Positions 25,150 to 37,978 of a DNA stretch of 64,000 bases are shown here, piece by piece. The notes under the pieces are model-generated. The model was not told where the DNA came from and made no database searches. It worked only from the letters and a program-made list of their open reading frames with translations. The translations under genes and the position numbers were made by a program. The DNA is from Sphagnum compactum (Eukaryota): contig OZ234494.1 of assembly GCA_965153455.1 (NCBI GenBank), positions 4,154,001 to 4,218,000 of the forward strand, written 5' to 3'. Positions within the stretch are counted from its first letter, which is position 1. Every line of letters begins with the position of its first letter.

Positions 25150-27319
25150 GTGAAGATAGTTAAAGTAAAAGGTCTAGGAAAATGATTTGGTTGTTTTTGG
25201 TCTTACATTGTAAAAGTTGGGTACGTTTTTAGGGTTACCATTCAAAATGACAATTACTTTTCTTGGCCACATACCTTCTTGGCAACACCCTAGCTACATA
25301 GATGTGAACTATTAATGATTGATTAATAGCTACATTAGTGTCCACATGTTTTGATATATCAAGTTCATTAACCTTTTCACTAGGGTGAAAACACATTTTA
25401 GGCAAAAAAAATGTACTCTTTTGAGTTATATTTTGGGGGTAGTTTTTCTTTGATTTCATCTAGAATTTTGATAAACATATAAAATAGATTTTAATACAAA
25501 GACCTCCAACATAATTCTTTTCATCTTTCAAATGAAAGTAATTTTTCAACAAAATGTTTTTTTTCAACACACTTATGATCGTTTGAATGAAAAACTTGTC
25601 CAGATGTTTTTTGTGAAATCACATGAATCAAACTTTTCAATTGTAATTGAAATGATACAATCAATTCATATTCAATACATGATTAAATACTTCGTTAAAT
25701 TTTGCAATTATTTCAATCATTTTAAAAGTATATTTGCACTTTGCAGTATATTGTGACAACATATAAATTCTCACAAATATGCTTTTTAATCATTAAATAT
25801 TAATAAAAAAATGTAGTTTCCTTTGACAATTTCATTATTTGGTTATTGAACTACCTTATTTTGAGTATAATTTATGAAAACCTCTTTTGATATTGGCTTG
25901 GTGCAAGTCAAAAGTTGCCATGTTTTGAAAAATAATATTTACGATTACATTTTTTAGCCACCATAGTGTATTTCACCCACTACATGTTAACATATCATGT
26001 TATGTTGTATGTAAACTACCTATTTATTCAGAAAAAAATTCATTCTTTCATTACCTTTTACTATTCAACATCACAAACTTCATGGGTCACGATTTGGCAA
26101 TAATAATCATGTGAAATCTACTTTCATAGGCTTGTACAAAATAGAAATGGATGTCATAGACCTCTAGCATTTGTTTCATAGACCTCTAGCACGGTATTCA
26201 AGAATGTTATTTGGTGAGTAGGTAAGTGTGAGCATGAGCAGGCGAGCAAGAGCAAGAAAGAATGTTCCCAATATATTCCATATGTACCAAAGGAATATTC
26301 GAAATATATTTTTCAACTGTGGATGGAATATTTTTTTAAATATTTTTATATAGTTATGGAACTTGTTTTGTTAAAAAATAAATTAAAGTCATTGTTAAAA
26401 AATAAATTGAATGAATACCATATTTTTGCACTTCATACATAATTTTTGAAAATTTATTACCTCATTACAATTAAGTTGTAATTATGTGCAACATCACATA
26501 CATACATAGGTTTAGTTTTTAAAAAATTTACTATAATGTTTCATGGACTTGTTTTTTTTTTTTTTAATGGAAAATACTTGAGATAAAAAAAAATCCCATT
26601 TAATACGTCCAATAATTAAGAGTTACTGGCTTTTAAGAAAAATATTTTTTGCTTTGAAATTAATTGCCTTTTGCCACATTTTGATTAAAGACCTCAATAT
26701 TTGCAAGTACTTTATTTATTCATTTTGCCATGATTTCACCCTTGTCATTTTGTCAATTGTGATTACACTAATTGCACTAATTATTAATATTTTTTTAGGA
26801 ATTTATATTTTTAACTGAAGTGGTGATCATCCATAGGAAGATTTAACCAAATTTGGCAATAAATCAAAAATAAAAATATAATCATCCTTCTATTTTTTGG
26901 CTACATAATGAAAACCATATATATGAATCTAAAGATTTTTTACTCTTTTGTTTAGCCCTTTTGACAATTTAAACTTTTTAGAGTCATTTTTTTCAAATTA
27001 TAATTTCAATTTTTGGTGAAATTTCATTAATAAAGAAATCTTTGTTAATTATGTATCCACTTTTGCTTGGGAACATATGAAAGAAGTTAATTTTTTTATC
27101 AATTCACATTGCCATGGTGGAAACAATAGAAAAGGCAGTCAAGTTCCTTATGCTTTCTATCAATTGTATGCATTTTTTTAATTTGATGGAAATGGAAAAA
27201 TTTCCTCAATTACTTGAATTTTCTTAGAGAAAAAACCTAATTGTTGTAGTTAAATGAAAAACAAGAAGATAATTGATGTTGATTCAATTGTAATACTCTC
27301 AACTGCATGATAATAAGGC

Positions 27320-27950
27320 GAACCAAACACACTACAATATGGTGCATGCCAGATTTATAATCTCCTATGAGTAATATATGAAAAACCTATCCAAAAGGAC
27401 AAGCATCTAGTGAAGGAAAATTTGAAGGTTGGTTGTCATCAAACATAAATTATGTTCACAATTACTTCAACAATGAATTGCATTCAAAATCATACTACAA
27501 TTAAATTGCATTGAATCACATTTCCTTAAGCCACCTTTTGTTTATAGTGATTGCAAGAAAATGTTGAGTTGCATTAATAGTTGATTGAATGATTGACAAA
27601 ATAAATTGTTGTAGGTGGCAAACATGAAGTCAAGTTGCATTGCCTTGAAAAATAAATCCTTAGTTGAAGAAGATTTTATTTGCCATACTTTTCTTGTCCC
27701 TAGCATTACACTAATTTTAAATAATGCTTTCATTTCTTTTAATGTGGTTGTTTTCCATTGGTCTCTATTTATTGGACTCCATTCTTCTTGGTAGTTATTT
27801 ACATTCTTTCAATAATTTTCATCCACCTATAAAAGCCTATTAATTCTTATATCTTTTATTAATTTATGCAAAATGTAGCAAAACATGAATACATTTGGGA
27901 TCATATTAACATAAAGTTTGTCTTACATGGAATAATTCTTTGAAAATTTG
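27320..27950 (-). pseudogene. piggyBac-like (DDE_Tnp_1_7) transposase relic, left-arm copy
   Basis: Mirror of 45540-46170; see that entry. Confidence 0.4.
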
Positions 27951-28429
27951 CTTCAACACTTTAAATGCATGTTCAATGTTAGATCTTTTGTGCTTATGTT
28001 GCCTATTGTACAATAACTTGAATATAATGTGATTAGGAATCTCCTCATCAATATTATTTTTTTCAAACTTTTGAAGTAGTTGGGTTGGTGATCATGCATA
28101 AGAGGATTTAGTCACATTTGGCTAGAGTTTAGAGGGGAAATAGAAAAATTTAAGATTCTTCCTATAATTTGACAACTAGTTGGAAGGTGTTCTTTAAATC
28201 TAGTGACTTTAGATTTTTTTCCCTTCATAATGTGACAACTTTAGCCCATTGTTTCCAAAAGAGACCCTTTGTACCTTTTGCACCTTGGATTCAAATTGTG
28301 TAAATATGCCAATAAAATAAAATACACCTTATATGGCATCAAATTACTAAATTGATGTAGGGTTGTTTTCATTGTGAAGAAAATAGGGTTTGATTCCATC
28401 TTAGGATCCTTTGGCATTATTGAACAATT

Positions 28430-29000
28430 TTTTCATAGTGCATTTTATGATAGAAAATAGAGGTTGTCAATATTTAGCAATATCATTAACATTTTCCAAC
28501 ATTTCAATATAGATGTCTATGAATCACTTCTATCTATTGTAAACAAGCTTGGGCAACTATGGAATAATAACATGATTTATGTTAAAAGTAAATGTGATGC
28601 ATATGGCCCTTGAGGTTTATAATTTATAATGTGACTCCATCAAATGGCCTTGTGCACCTTTGGCAAATTAGACCACTTTTCAAATTCATCCATTGTTGTT
28701 TGCAATTTAGTTTCAGTAAGCCAAACAAGTATACCTCGGAAAAATCTACTGAAAGCTCCTACAACCTCCTTAATTATAACATAGATAATTGGCACCCAAT
28801 CACAAACAATTTTTAATATTGTGAGAGATTTTCCCCTTGATCCAATTTGAAAATCTACCACATGTGATTTTAATCTCAATTGGTATAATGGTTTTTTATT
28901 TAGCTTCTAAATAAATGGTTTCAGTGTATGGCAAAAACTAGAAACCATTCTCCTTAAGCACCTTGTGTATCCAGCAATTCACTTCAATCCAATCAATTGA
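28430..29000 (-). pseudogene. PIF/Harbinger (DDE_Tnp_4) transposase relic, left-arm copy
   Basis: IIYVIIKEVVGAFSRFFRGILVWLTETKLQTTMDEFEKWSNLPKVHKAI matches the Harbinger helix region leading to the first catalytic GAIDG motif. Confidence 0.7.
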
Positions 29001-29627
29001 TAATTTGAGAACCATGTGGTGCTATAGGGTTTAACTTAGTCACCTAAGCCTTGTGAAAGAAACATCAAAAGGTTACACAACAACCTATAAGTCAATGTAC
29101 AAAGGATACAAGCAAAAGTTGCATTGCTTTAAGTCTATGGGCAAAAAATGCAAGCAAAAGTTGCATTGCTTGAATCCATTACATTGGGCAAGAAGAATGG
29201 CAATGTGGTATAAGGAGTTTTTGTCACAAGCCAATTCATTTCAAGAAGAAGAACCAAAAATATTGTTGTCAAGATTGCCTTGTTGAATTGATCCATGAGT
29301 TAATTTGAACAAGACTAGAGAGGAAGCAATGACAATTTATAGGAAGAAAATTTAACCAATGTAATCAAGATCCCAACAACATGTAATGTCAAGGAAAAGA
29401 ATACATCCTAACACAAAATGCTACCTACGATGATATATTTAGGTGTGAAGGTCAATTGCAACAATTCATTGATACTATAAACAAGTGTGAACATGAACTA
29501 GATTTTACACAACATTTTGATGTTAAAAATCACTTCTCAATGATCTCCAAACATGCATGTTGTTATAAATGTGAGGGTGGTGGTAGTTAGCTTTAGATGT
29601 GCAAAGGCCTTAAGTGTAGGGCAACAC

Positions 29628-29709
29628 CTAAGGAGTAGGGAGTTCCCACAATAACCACCCTTGAGGCATGGAACAAGGGTGGTTATTTTGGGAACTCTTT
29701 GCTTCATAG
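29628..29709. other. About 36-bp stem-loop (foldback)
   Basis: GAGTTCCCACAATAACCACCCTTG (29640-29663) and CAAGGGTGGTTATTTTGGGAACTC (29674-29697) pair at 23/24 positions around a 10-nt loop. The stem extends further with G:T pairs. Confidence 0.85.
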
Positions 29710-31984
29710 AAAATCTTATTTACTTGGCAAAAAATATGTAAGCAAAAATTTTCTATTTTTTACATTTTTTTATGATACCTAAAAGGTACTTCTTAGGTAT
29801 CACAAGAAGTAAAAGTGAAAAAATAATGCCATGTTCAATGAAAAAATAATGCCTACTCTTGCAAGCATTATTTTTTTAATAAAAATTTATGGAATTTTAC
29901 ACTTTGCAATGAAGCCTTTGGATATGTTGGGAAATTTGATTCAATGTTTTATGTTTTTCTCCCTTAAACTTCATACATGCAAAAAGTTTTATTAAAAGTA
30001 AATTATTTTCTCACTTAAGTGACACAATGCCAAAACATGTCTTTTATGAGTAAAAACATGGTTAGGTGGTCCACATTTGACATTTTGAAGAGTCCACATC
30101 TTACACTAGCTACAATTTTTTCATTTAAAATAATATCAAACTATAAATCCTATAATTATCCCCTATGGTTTTGGTCACAAATATTAATAGACCACCCTAT
30201 AAATATCCCTAAACATGTGATTGGTCAAAAACTTTAGAGAAAAGTTTAAACATTTCAATGTGGAATGGAATATCAATTGTAAACAAATGACAAAAATCAC
30301 ACGAATCAAATTTTTAAATATGAAAAAAAATTATATTGGAAAAATTTCAATGCATCTTACAATTAAATTATTCATTTTATGGTGGCCTATTTTTTAATTT
30401 AAATTTTGATATTACTATGACATATTTTTTGAGTCCACATTTTCCATTTTATATGTGTGACAAACATAATGTCATCATTTCAAAAGTCCACGAGTCCATT
30501 CTTTTATTAAAATTCATCCATAATTTTTAATAAGATTTTCAATAAAGTATATTGCCACATGAATAATGAAAAAATTGAAACTTTTAATTTCTGATATGAT
30601 TTTACATTTCATGTTCATCTAAAATCCAAAAAAATCACAACTACAACAATCCAAACAGTCCACCTAATTGTGCTTTCACCCTTATGATTAATCTTTCTTT
30701 ACTTTAATTGAATAGGACTTGTCACTTATGCCATTTTTAGTTGTTTTTAAAATTGTTTATGCCATTGTAGTTGTATAGGATTAGTCATGGAAGTAAAAAA
30801 TTTAAGGAATGTGCATCTTGTTTGACAAGATGGATATTCAACAATTACAAATACTTGTAACCAATAGAGTCCCCATAGGTGTTTATAGATTCATTTGGAT
30901 ACAACTTAATTCAAATTTCAAGGTTGAAATTTGAAATAATTGTAATTCCTGTAACTACTAAATTTTAAATTACTACAAGCCCCATTATGTGAGGATAAAT
31001 GTGTAGGGTAATACTCGAGATGATGGGCTTTACTGGAATAAGGGTTTACATGAGGAAAAAATTAATAATAAAAAAATGGGCATTTCAAAAAAATAAAACG
31101 CTCATAGGAGTGGGCATTATGTTTTTTGAAATGCATGTGTGTAGTGTAAGAAAACGCCTTGCAATTACACTACAATTACTTAGTTAGTGTCTTATGATCA
31201 TTTGAAGTTATGGTGCATAATCATAATATGAAAGGAAAATTTAGGTCAAGTTTTTAATTAGGTGTAAAAGGCATCTATGATGCATAAAGTGGTTTTCATT
31301 CCTACTATCTTGTGATCCATGTGCTTTGTAAGGAACCTATAAATACAAAAGGAAAACTTAGGTCATACTTTAAGTAAATCTAATAGGTTTCATAATCAGC
31401 ATGATTGTCGCAAATTAAAACGCCTATTACAAGATTTGGATATTGAAATAAATCAAGTAATTCCTAAAGGAGGCTCCGTACAAGATCTTTGGAATTTACC
31501 AAAAGCTTGGTTCAATTTAGTTCCTTACCGTGAAGTAGGCTTAAAAGGCAGGAGAGGAAATAAAATACATTTTTTTTTTGTTTACTTTTTACTGCGCACC
31601 TTATAACTGAAGGCTTCTTTTGTATTGAAATCCCTCTTATTATTTCACACTCCTTCCTCTAGCCTAGCAATCCTAGCAAATTTCTTATGGGCCAATAGCC
31701 CCACGTACTAGTGTTGGCTTTAGTCGTTTTTTGGCTTGGCTTGTGTCTGCTCGCACCTGGTTCGATTCGAAAAAAGAAAAATTATTGCAATTTTTTATTA
31801 CAAAATAAAAGTTTTGAACAAAAGAAATATCTGAGTTAATACCTGATGTATCCATTTTGGTAAAGTAGCTATCAGAGATTTGAAAAACGATTGGTTATCC
31901 ACAAATCGTCTTTTTTTTCTATAAAGTGGGCACATTAAAATACAAGTCAAAGTTTGTATTTGCAAGGTGCTTCTCAATCCTACT

Positions 31985-32410
31985 GTTATGACTTTAGCCA
32001 AATGGATTCATGAACAATTCTAGAACAAGGCAAAGAGGAAATGGGCCAAAAACAAACTAAGGCAATAAAAAGGCTTAAACACATTAGGGGAGTGAGAAGG
32101 AAACATTCTTGCCCAATTCTTGGGAAGAACTCTGACTTTGGGAGCTAGGAGTTTGAAAGTGCCCCAAATCTTTGAACAAAAATGAAGGGGGTAAACCTTG
32201 TGTAAATCAAAAGTGTTTTACACCATTGGAAAGTTCTCAAAGTTTAGATATCAAAAGTGAGCTTGCACATTTGGAAATAGGAGAATGGCCAAAAGAAAGG
32301 TTGGGAGTCAAATGCCAAAAATCAAACTGACAATTTGACTTTTAACCACCAAAACCTAGGAAATGAAGGTCAAATGACATTCGATGGAAGCACATGACAT
32401 GGCATTGGAT
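31985..32410 (+). repeat. Degenerate copy of an LTR-like dispersed repeat
   Basis: ATGGCCAAAAGAAAGGTTGGGAGTCAAA...CAATTTGACT and CCATTGGAAAG.TCT motifs resemble a high-copy peat-moss repeat as I recall it. Not database-verified, and single copy within this window. Confidence 0.35.
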
Positions 32411-32479
32411 TAATGGTGGTGTAGAAATTTTGGGTGAACATGCGAACACACAAGTTGAGATTTGTAAGTCTATGCATGG

Positions 32480-34300
32480 TTAGCTAAATATGCATGTAGC
32501 TTTATTTTCCTGAAATATAAGTTGTTGAAGGTCCTTTTGTTTTCCATTGAACCTAACACTTGCTCCATAATTATTTCAATAACTTTCATGTATTCACTTA
32601 GCTTGTGAATTAAAATGGGAATTTTTTTGATCTTCAACCATATATGAGTAATTGGATTCACATTTGTTGCTTTATTTTTGTATCATTTATTTAAGCATTA
32701 TGATTCATAGTGAGGTTGAAAAAAATGCTTACACATCAAGCAACACCATCCTTTGTCTTCTTTGTAATGTACAAAATGTAGTTTTAATGAGAGAGAAATG
32801 GAAAAAGAAGTACCTAACAACTTCTTTAAGTAACCAATATTACGAGTATACCATGCCAAAGGTTGCCATAATTTCCACATCAAGAAATGTTTAGGCCAAT
32901 TTCACACACGAGATAAAAGCATTTGTGAACATTCATCTTTCACTATTTAACCATGCATTATGGTCTTCTAGTCTATTATATGCATTGGAATAGTTGTATT
33001 ATTAAGGTTTTCACAGTGATGGAAAGGATAATTCTTGCCTACCACTTGTGATGCCAAGTATGGAAAGAACAAACATTTGGGATCTAAAACCCAACATAAT
33101 AGTCGTTTCTCATTATAATGGTCAATTATAAGAATGTTGAAGTTGTTGAACGCAAGGTCATCAAACTTGCATAAAGGATCGACATAAAATTGATGTAAGC
33201 CAATTTAACAACATTAAAATGAAGTTGCAAATACAGATATCCCACTTTTGAACAAACTTAATCAATGTGTGCACCACTTCCAACATGGGAGAAATGCAAT
33301 GTAGAACCAAAAACCAACTTCAAGTCATGCACAAAAGATGTAAGTTTTTTCAAGTAGGCTTGTTTTTTTATGCATTTTCATGAATCTTCACAACCAAAAC
33401 CTTATGGTCCCTTAACACCCACTTCAAAGGGCTAAACATAGATCTAATGGGTCTCGATATTGTGTAGCAACTTCAAATGCTTGGTTTATAACGTTTTGGC
33501 AAGGTTGAAAGTTCCAAGAATTTCTAAGTTGGATTGTGTTGCATTGAAGGTATGCCACATTCGTTGGTAAGGCCGTTATACTAATTTTTTTGAAGTTGCA
33601 CCCACCTTAATTCTTTCAAGAGTAAGCAAAATTGGAATGCAATTTCAATTTTTCATTACATAAATGACAAATGTGGACATTAATCCATTGTTGATTATTG
33701 ATGGTGGTCACATTCTTTACTTTATAACAAAACAATCAACTTTTGCAATGATAGATTTTGTTTTAAAGATAACCACATCATGCGTAGCCTTTGCAATTCC
33801 CCAACCATTTGTGTCCAACCAATGTTTAAATGGATTATTCTTGACCTTCAATAACATAAACAACTCATTCATTGGCCTGTACTCCAACATTGGCCTCCCA
33901 TGCATCATGATGTGCAAGACAATATTGCAAACTAGATTAGTTTTTTTTTCAACCCCATAATAATGTAATAAGGTAACAAATGATTTTGCATTCTTTCCAT
34001 TGTAAGTCTTCTCATTTTGGCAATGCAAGAATCTTAGTTGTAAAAATACATCCCAACTACCACTCCAAAAATAGCAACCGTCACCTTTTGGCAACCAACA
34101 TGCTTCTAAAGTGTGTCAAGCTTTGGGGTGAACAACTTGTCTTTCTTGTCAATACAACTACAAACTTTGCACCACATATGAGTCTCTAATCCACTGTCCC
34201 CTATGATAGAATTTGCCCATGGACATTGATCAACTCATGTAACTTGGAAAACCGTGGATTCGTCATACGATTTTTGAACTTTTTTTTCAAGAGGCTCCTT
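32480..34300 (-). mobile_element. hAT-superfamily (ZNF862/C17orf113-like) transposase pseudogene
   Basis: Colinear fragments: FQVT*VDQCPWANSIIGDSGL..MWCKVCS..LFTPKLDTL*KH; LHIMMHGRPMLEYRPMNELFMLLKVKNNPFKHWLDTNGWGIA; and C-terminal NPITHIW..HKLSEYMKVIEIIMEQVLGSMENKRTFNNL (hAT dimerisation-like). Multiple stops and frameshifts. TIRs not found. Confidence 0.8.
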
Positions 34301-35819
34301 TGCAAATGTGTTGGAAGGAATGTTATTAGGAGTCATAGACCCATAAGGAAACATATTGTCAGGAAGGACTAGACTAAGTGATGCTAGTGTGAGGGGAAAC
34401 AATGAACAATTGTGAAATTGTATTTGGCAATTTGCTAAAGAACAACATGAACTTGAAATTTCAAACATTTGATTTGGAGCCATTATGCTGGCAAATCAAA
34501 CTTGAAAATAAACAAGCTTGAACAAACAAGAAAGTTGAGAGAGAAAGAAGAGACCCATAAATTGAAAATGCAAAAAAAGGGAAAGAAGGGAACTTGAGAT
34601 GGAAGTGTGCCCCACTCCATTTCCTTCCATGCACCCAAAGCTCTAAAGAATTCCACCCAAAAGCCATCTAATAGCACAATTGACATTACACACATCCCTA
34701 ACCATTATGACCAACATTCCATTCACTCACCAAACAAAGCCAACAAACGCTACCATCCCCAACAAAACGTACACAACCTACACAAAGTAGAAACAAGACT
34801 AAAGCATTCCAACCTCCAAGAGAACAACACTTGTTGCAAGCTTGAAACATTACACCTTGCTTGCCAAAAAAAAATTGAAGAAGGGGGGAAGGGGAATGAG
34901 GGGTTCATTTGTTGGTGAACTACCTATCTAGCAGCGATGATTAACAAATTTAAAAAGCTCTTTGTGTGATGTAGGCAAACATTCCCATGTAACACACAGA
35001 TCAACAAACCCTAATATATTGTTGTTGCGATGGAGGTGAATTGCTCCATTCAACAACCAAGATTGGCAATGCCTACATTTGATGGCTAAATGGTTACAAA
35101 CAAAGTGTGAAAATGAGTAAGTCATCATTCAGCTATGATGTGTCACATGAGGGGTTTTAGGGCAATTTTGCAAGAGAAAAAAGGAAAAAAAAACAAAGGG
35201 CCCTTGGCACCTCCCCTTTTTGGCTACATAGATCCCCCTTCCCCCCCCCCCCAAAGTTGCTTAGTACCCAGCACCATGCTCAATAAGTAGTCCATAGAAT
35301 GAATATCATCAAGGTAAATGGGGTGTTAATAAGACATCCCTGAAATCTGGCCAGCTTTTCTGATAACATTAGTCTAGATGCAAGCAATTATCAACTTCTG
35401 CACATCTCTTTCTCTCCTCTTCTAGAAATTGGAAGAAGTGTGACAGAGCTCCATAGAACAGGTAATGCCTGAGGAGTGGGCCGTTACGCTGCATAAAGTA
35501 CCAGGGAGGGGAATTTTAGTTTATAAAATTCTTTTCCATGATACACAGACGGCAAGGTATTATGGAAAGAAAAAAGAGGTAGGATGTTTTGAAAAGCAAA
35601 ATGCCTGGCCAAGTGGGTGTTTCATTTTTCCAAATGCATGCCATACCATTTGTGGAGGATAAATTCCACTTGATAACGTACGTGCCCTCCTAATACAATG
35701 AACGACTTATGTTGGTGCTTTAAGTGTAGGGAAAAGCCCCAGGCAGGACCAGGGCTTTACTGAAATAAGGGACCCCCACGGCAGTAGTCGAGAGTGTTCT
35801 AAATTTTTCCAGGATGCTT

Positions 35820-36110
35820 GAAAAAATTTGGGCATTTTTTGGAAATTTTTATTCTGCCTAGGACGATCATAAAAAGGTTGATTTTTTTTCATTTCTGCCC
35901 CAACAAATTGGGCACCCTGAAAACTCCTCATGCCCGAAAGTTTTAAGCATTTTGGGAATTTTATGATGCCCGATAATTTTGGGCACCGTATAATAAGGTC
36001 CAAGAGATTTTCCATTATGCCCAAAATGTTTGGGCATAATGGAAAACTCTTGATGCCTGATAAAATTTGAGCGGTTTGAGATTTTATGCTGCCTTACAAT
36101 TTCGGGCAAA
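35820..36110. repeat. Array of alternating TGCCC / GGGCA motifs
   Basis: TGCCCCAACAAATTGGGCA, TGCCCGATAATTTTGGGCA, TGCCCAAAATGTTTGGGCA and TGCCTTACAATTTCGGGCA are repeated short palindromic units. Confidence 0.65.
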
Positions 36111-36538
36111 TTGTAAAGGTTGATTTTTTAAAATTACTGCCCACCATTCCAAGTGCTCTCTCACATGAAAGAGAGTAGGTTGGTAAAAAAAACATTAGCA
36201 GCTTTTGTGAACATGGAGGGGGTATTTTAACCTTTAGAAATTGAAGGGCGAAACCAACTTTCCACCTTAACTTGATCCCAAATCTAGAAAAAATGAAGAC
36301 ATTTATTCCTAGGGTTGAGATATCCTGACACATTTATCCCCCGTTAACCCTAATGCCATGTCATTTGCCAAGTCAATTTTTACCCCTTTTGTGTGAATGG
36401 GAAAGCATTAGGGTTAGTTTATTCTATTAGTTTATCCCTTTTACAACTTGGGTGTGAATCCATTGCTAGGGATGTAGACATGGCCCCTATTGTGTGCTAG
36501 GTATTCAGTATTAAAAAACTAGAATACCTGGCCCTATA

Positions 36539-36705
36539 CAGTAATTTGCAAACTCGTCTCCAGTTTGAACTCTTTTTTGGTCCTTTCTTTTCCGTTTCAT
36601 GCCCAACATCTGAGCCAAAAAATCAGGTTCCAATGAAAAATTAAGGACGGAATGATAAGTGCAGTACAAAACGACAGTCCTGAACCACAGCCAGCAAAAA
36701 TACTG
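36539..36705. mobile_element. Possible Tc1/mariner-type MITE
   Basis: TA|CAGTAATTTGC ... GCAAAAATACTG|TA: a short imperfect TIR with TA flanks. The TIR is short enough to be chance. Confidence 0.3.
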
Positions 36706-37606
36706 TACATGAAATGATCACAAAGGCTGGGTGGTGTGATAGAGGCATCCATCCCAGGTCGGGTGATCATGACACTAGTTTTTGTGCAGGCACTCTAACA
36801 AAAGGTGTTCATGTATGTTAAGTGATTTCGTTGGATTTTAAGTGAATTTACTGATTATAGTGAAAGGGATCCAATGGGCCATAATGCATTCAAGAGTCTA
36901 GTGAACGAAGATTAGTTTATTGCACCCACATTTTATAATAATGAGAATAATGCCCCAAGAGCGAGACATTATTAAAATAAAGACTGTCTTTCAGGCATTT
37001 CAGAAAATGACAAGCCTGATATATCGTTTTATGGTGAGCATTCTATGAGCCATGGATTGTAATTCAACAAATTGTTAAGCTTTAGTTCCATAACTTTCCT
37101 TAGTAATAATGATTTGAATCCTTATAAACCTCCAAATAATAATTATTAATAGTTGGATTAGCCTTTGGATATTTCCAACCGTAGAGAACTTCTTTATTTA
37201 AGATGATGTAACGCTTAATTAGTTTTAGAACCTAGTAAACCTTTTAAAGTGCATTATTTTTTTAGGTTGTAGAGAGGTGCAAGGGGATGTGAAATTAGAT
37301 GTGATTTTATTGATAGATTGGGAATATAAGCTCATAATTAACATTAACATTTCGCCATGACAATATTGAATTAGTCTGTAGAATAATCTTCGAGCACTAG
37401 TGTTGTACTTGTAAGATTTCTAGGATACAGTCCTAATACATCTTTATTTAGTTTCCACTTTTATCAGACTCTTAAATAGAATCAAAATCAACCTTAAGTA
37501 TTAACATTTTCACCTTAGTAACCTCAAGTGAATTATAACTTAGTAACCGACTTAGAGGGGATAGATCACAATTGCAAAAAATCCAAAATGCGACGAATGG
37601 TGCGAG

Positions 37607-37978
37607 CTAAGTATTCTGCTCGATGCTCCATGGGAAGGGGGTGGATTGGGCCTCGTAGCCAACGATAATGGCCATCACCAGGAACCCAAGTTCGACAATG
37701 AAGACGAACATTGTCATTTTCAATTGACACTCTTCAAACCTTTCCGGCGTGGCTCCATGAGCAGGAACAAATTCTAAATAGATTGCTAAGGCATGTGGGT
37801 TAAGAGACAATCGACGATCCCATGCCGAACGATCAATTCGAGTGCGCACCACTTGCCTAGACGGTTCTTCTTCGCACGACCGTTGAGAAACATTCACGTC
37901 AAGCGATGATTCTTCAAGCTCTTCCTGTTCTATTGGTGCAATTTGAGGATTCGAGGGCGTAGCAACATCATCCGCCAT
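37607..37978 (-). CDS. Hypothetical 123-aa protein, antisense and upstream of gag
   Basis: ATG-started, stop-free ORF in a locally GC/CpG-richer patch. Acidic N-terminus and a hydrophobic segment (MFVFIVELGFLVMAIIVGY). Confidence 0.35.
   Translation of the reverse strand: MADDVATPSNPQIAPIEQEELEESSLDVNVSQRSCEEEPSRQVVRTRIDRSAWDRRLSLNPHALAIYLEFVPAHGATPERFEECQLKMTMFVFIVELGFLVMAIIVGYEAQSTPFPWSIEQNT

Larger units (their letters stand above)
12509..29400 (+). repeat. Left arm of large inverted duplication
   Basis: More than 15 short ORFs recur in mirror order on the opposite strand at 44.2-63.1 kb (e.g. 12733-12945/62632-62844, 14234-14476/61102-61344, 22334-22597/53045-53308, 29053-29286/44193-44426). 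Ends traced by eye to ATTGAGTTGAGAAGG (12509) and GTCAAGGAAAAGA (29400). Confidence 0.97.

Noticed and set aside
36730-36830. Candidate 5' LTR end or PBS of the gypsy element
   Set aside because: No second LTR for comparison and no recognisable tRNA-complementary PBS.
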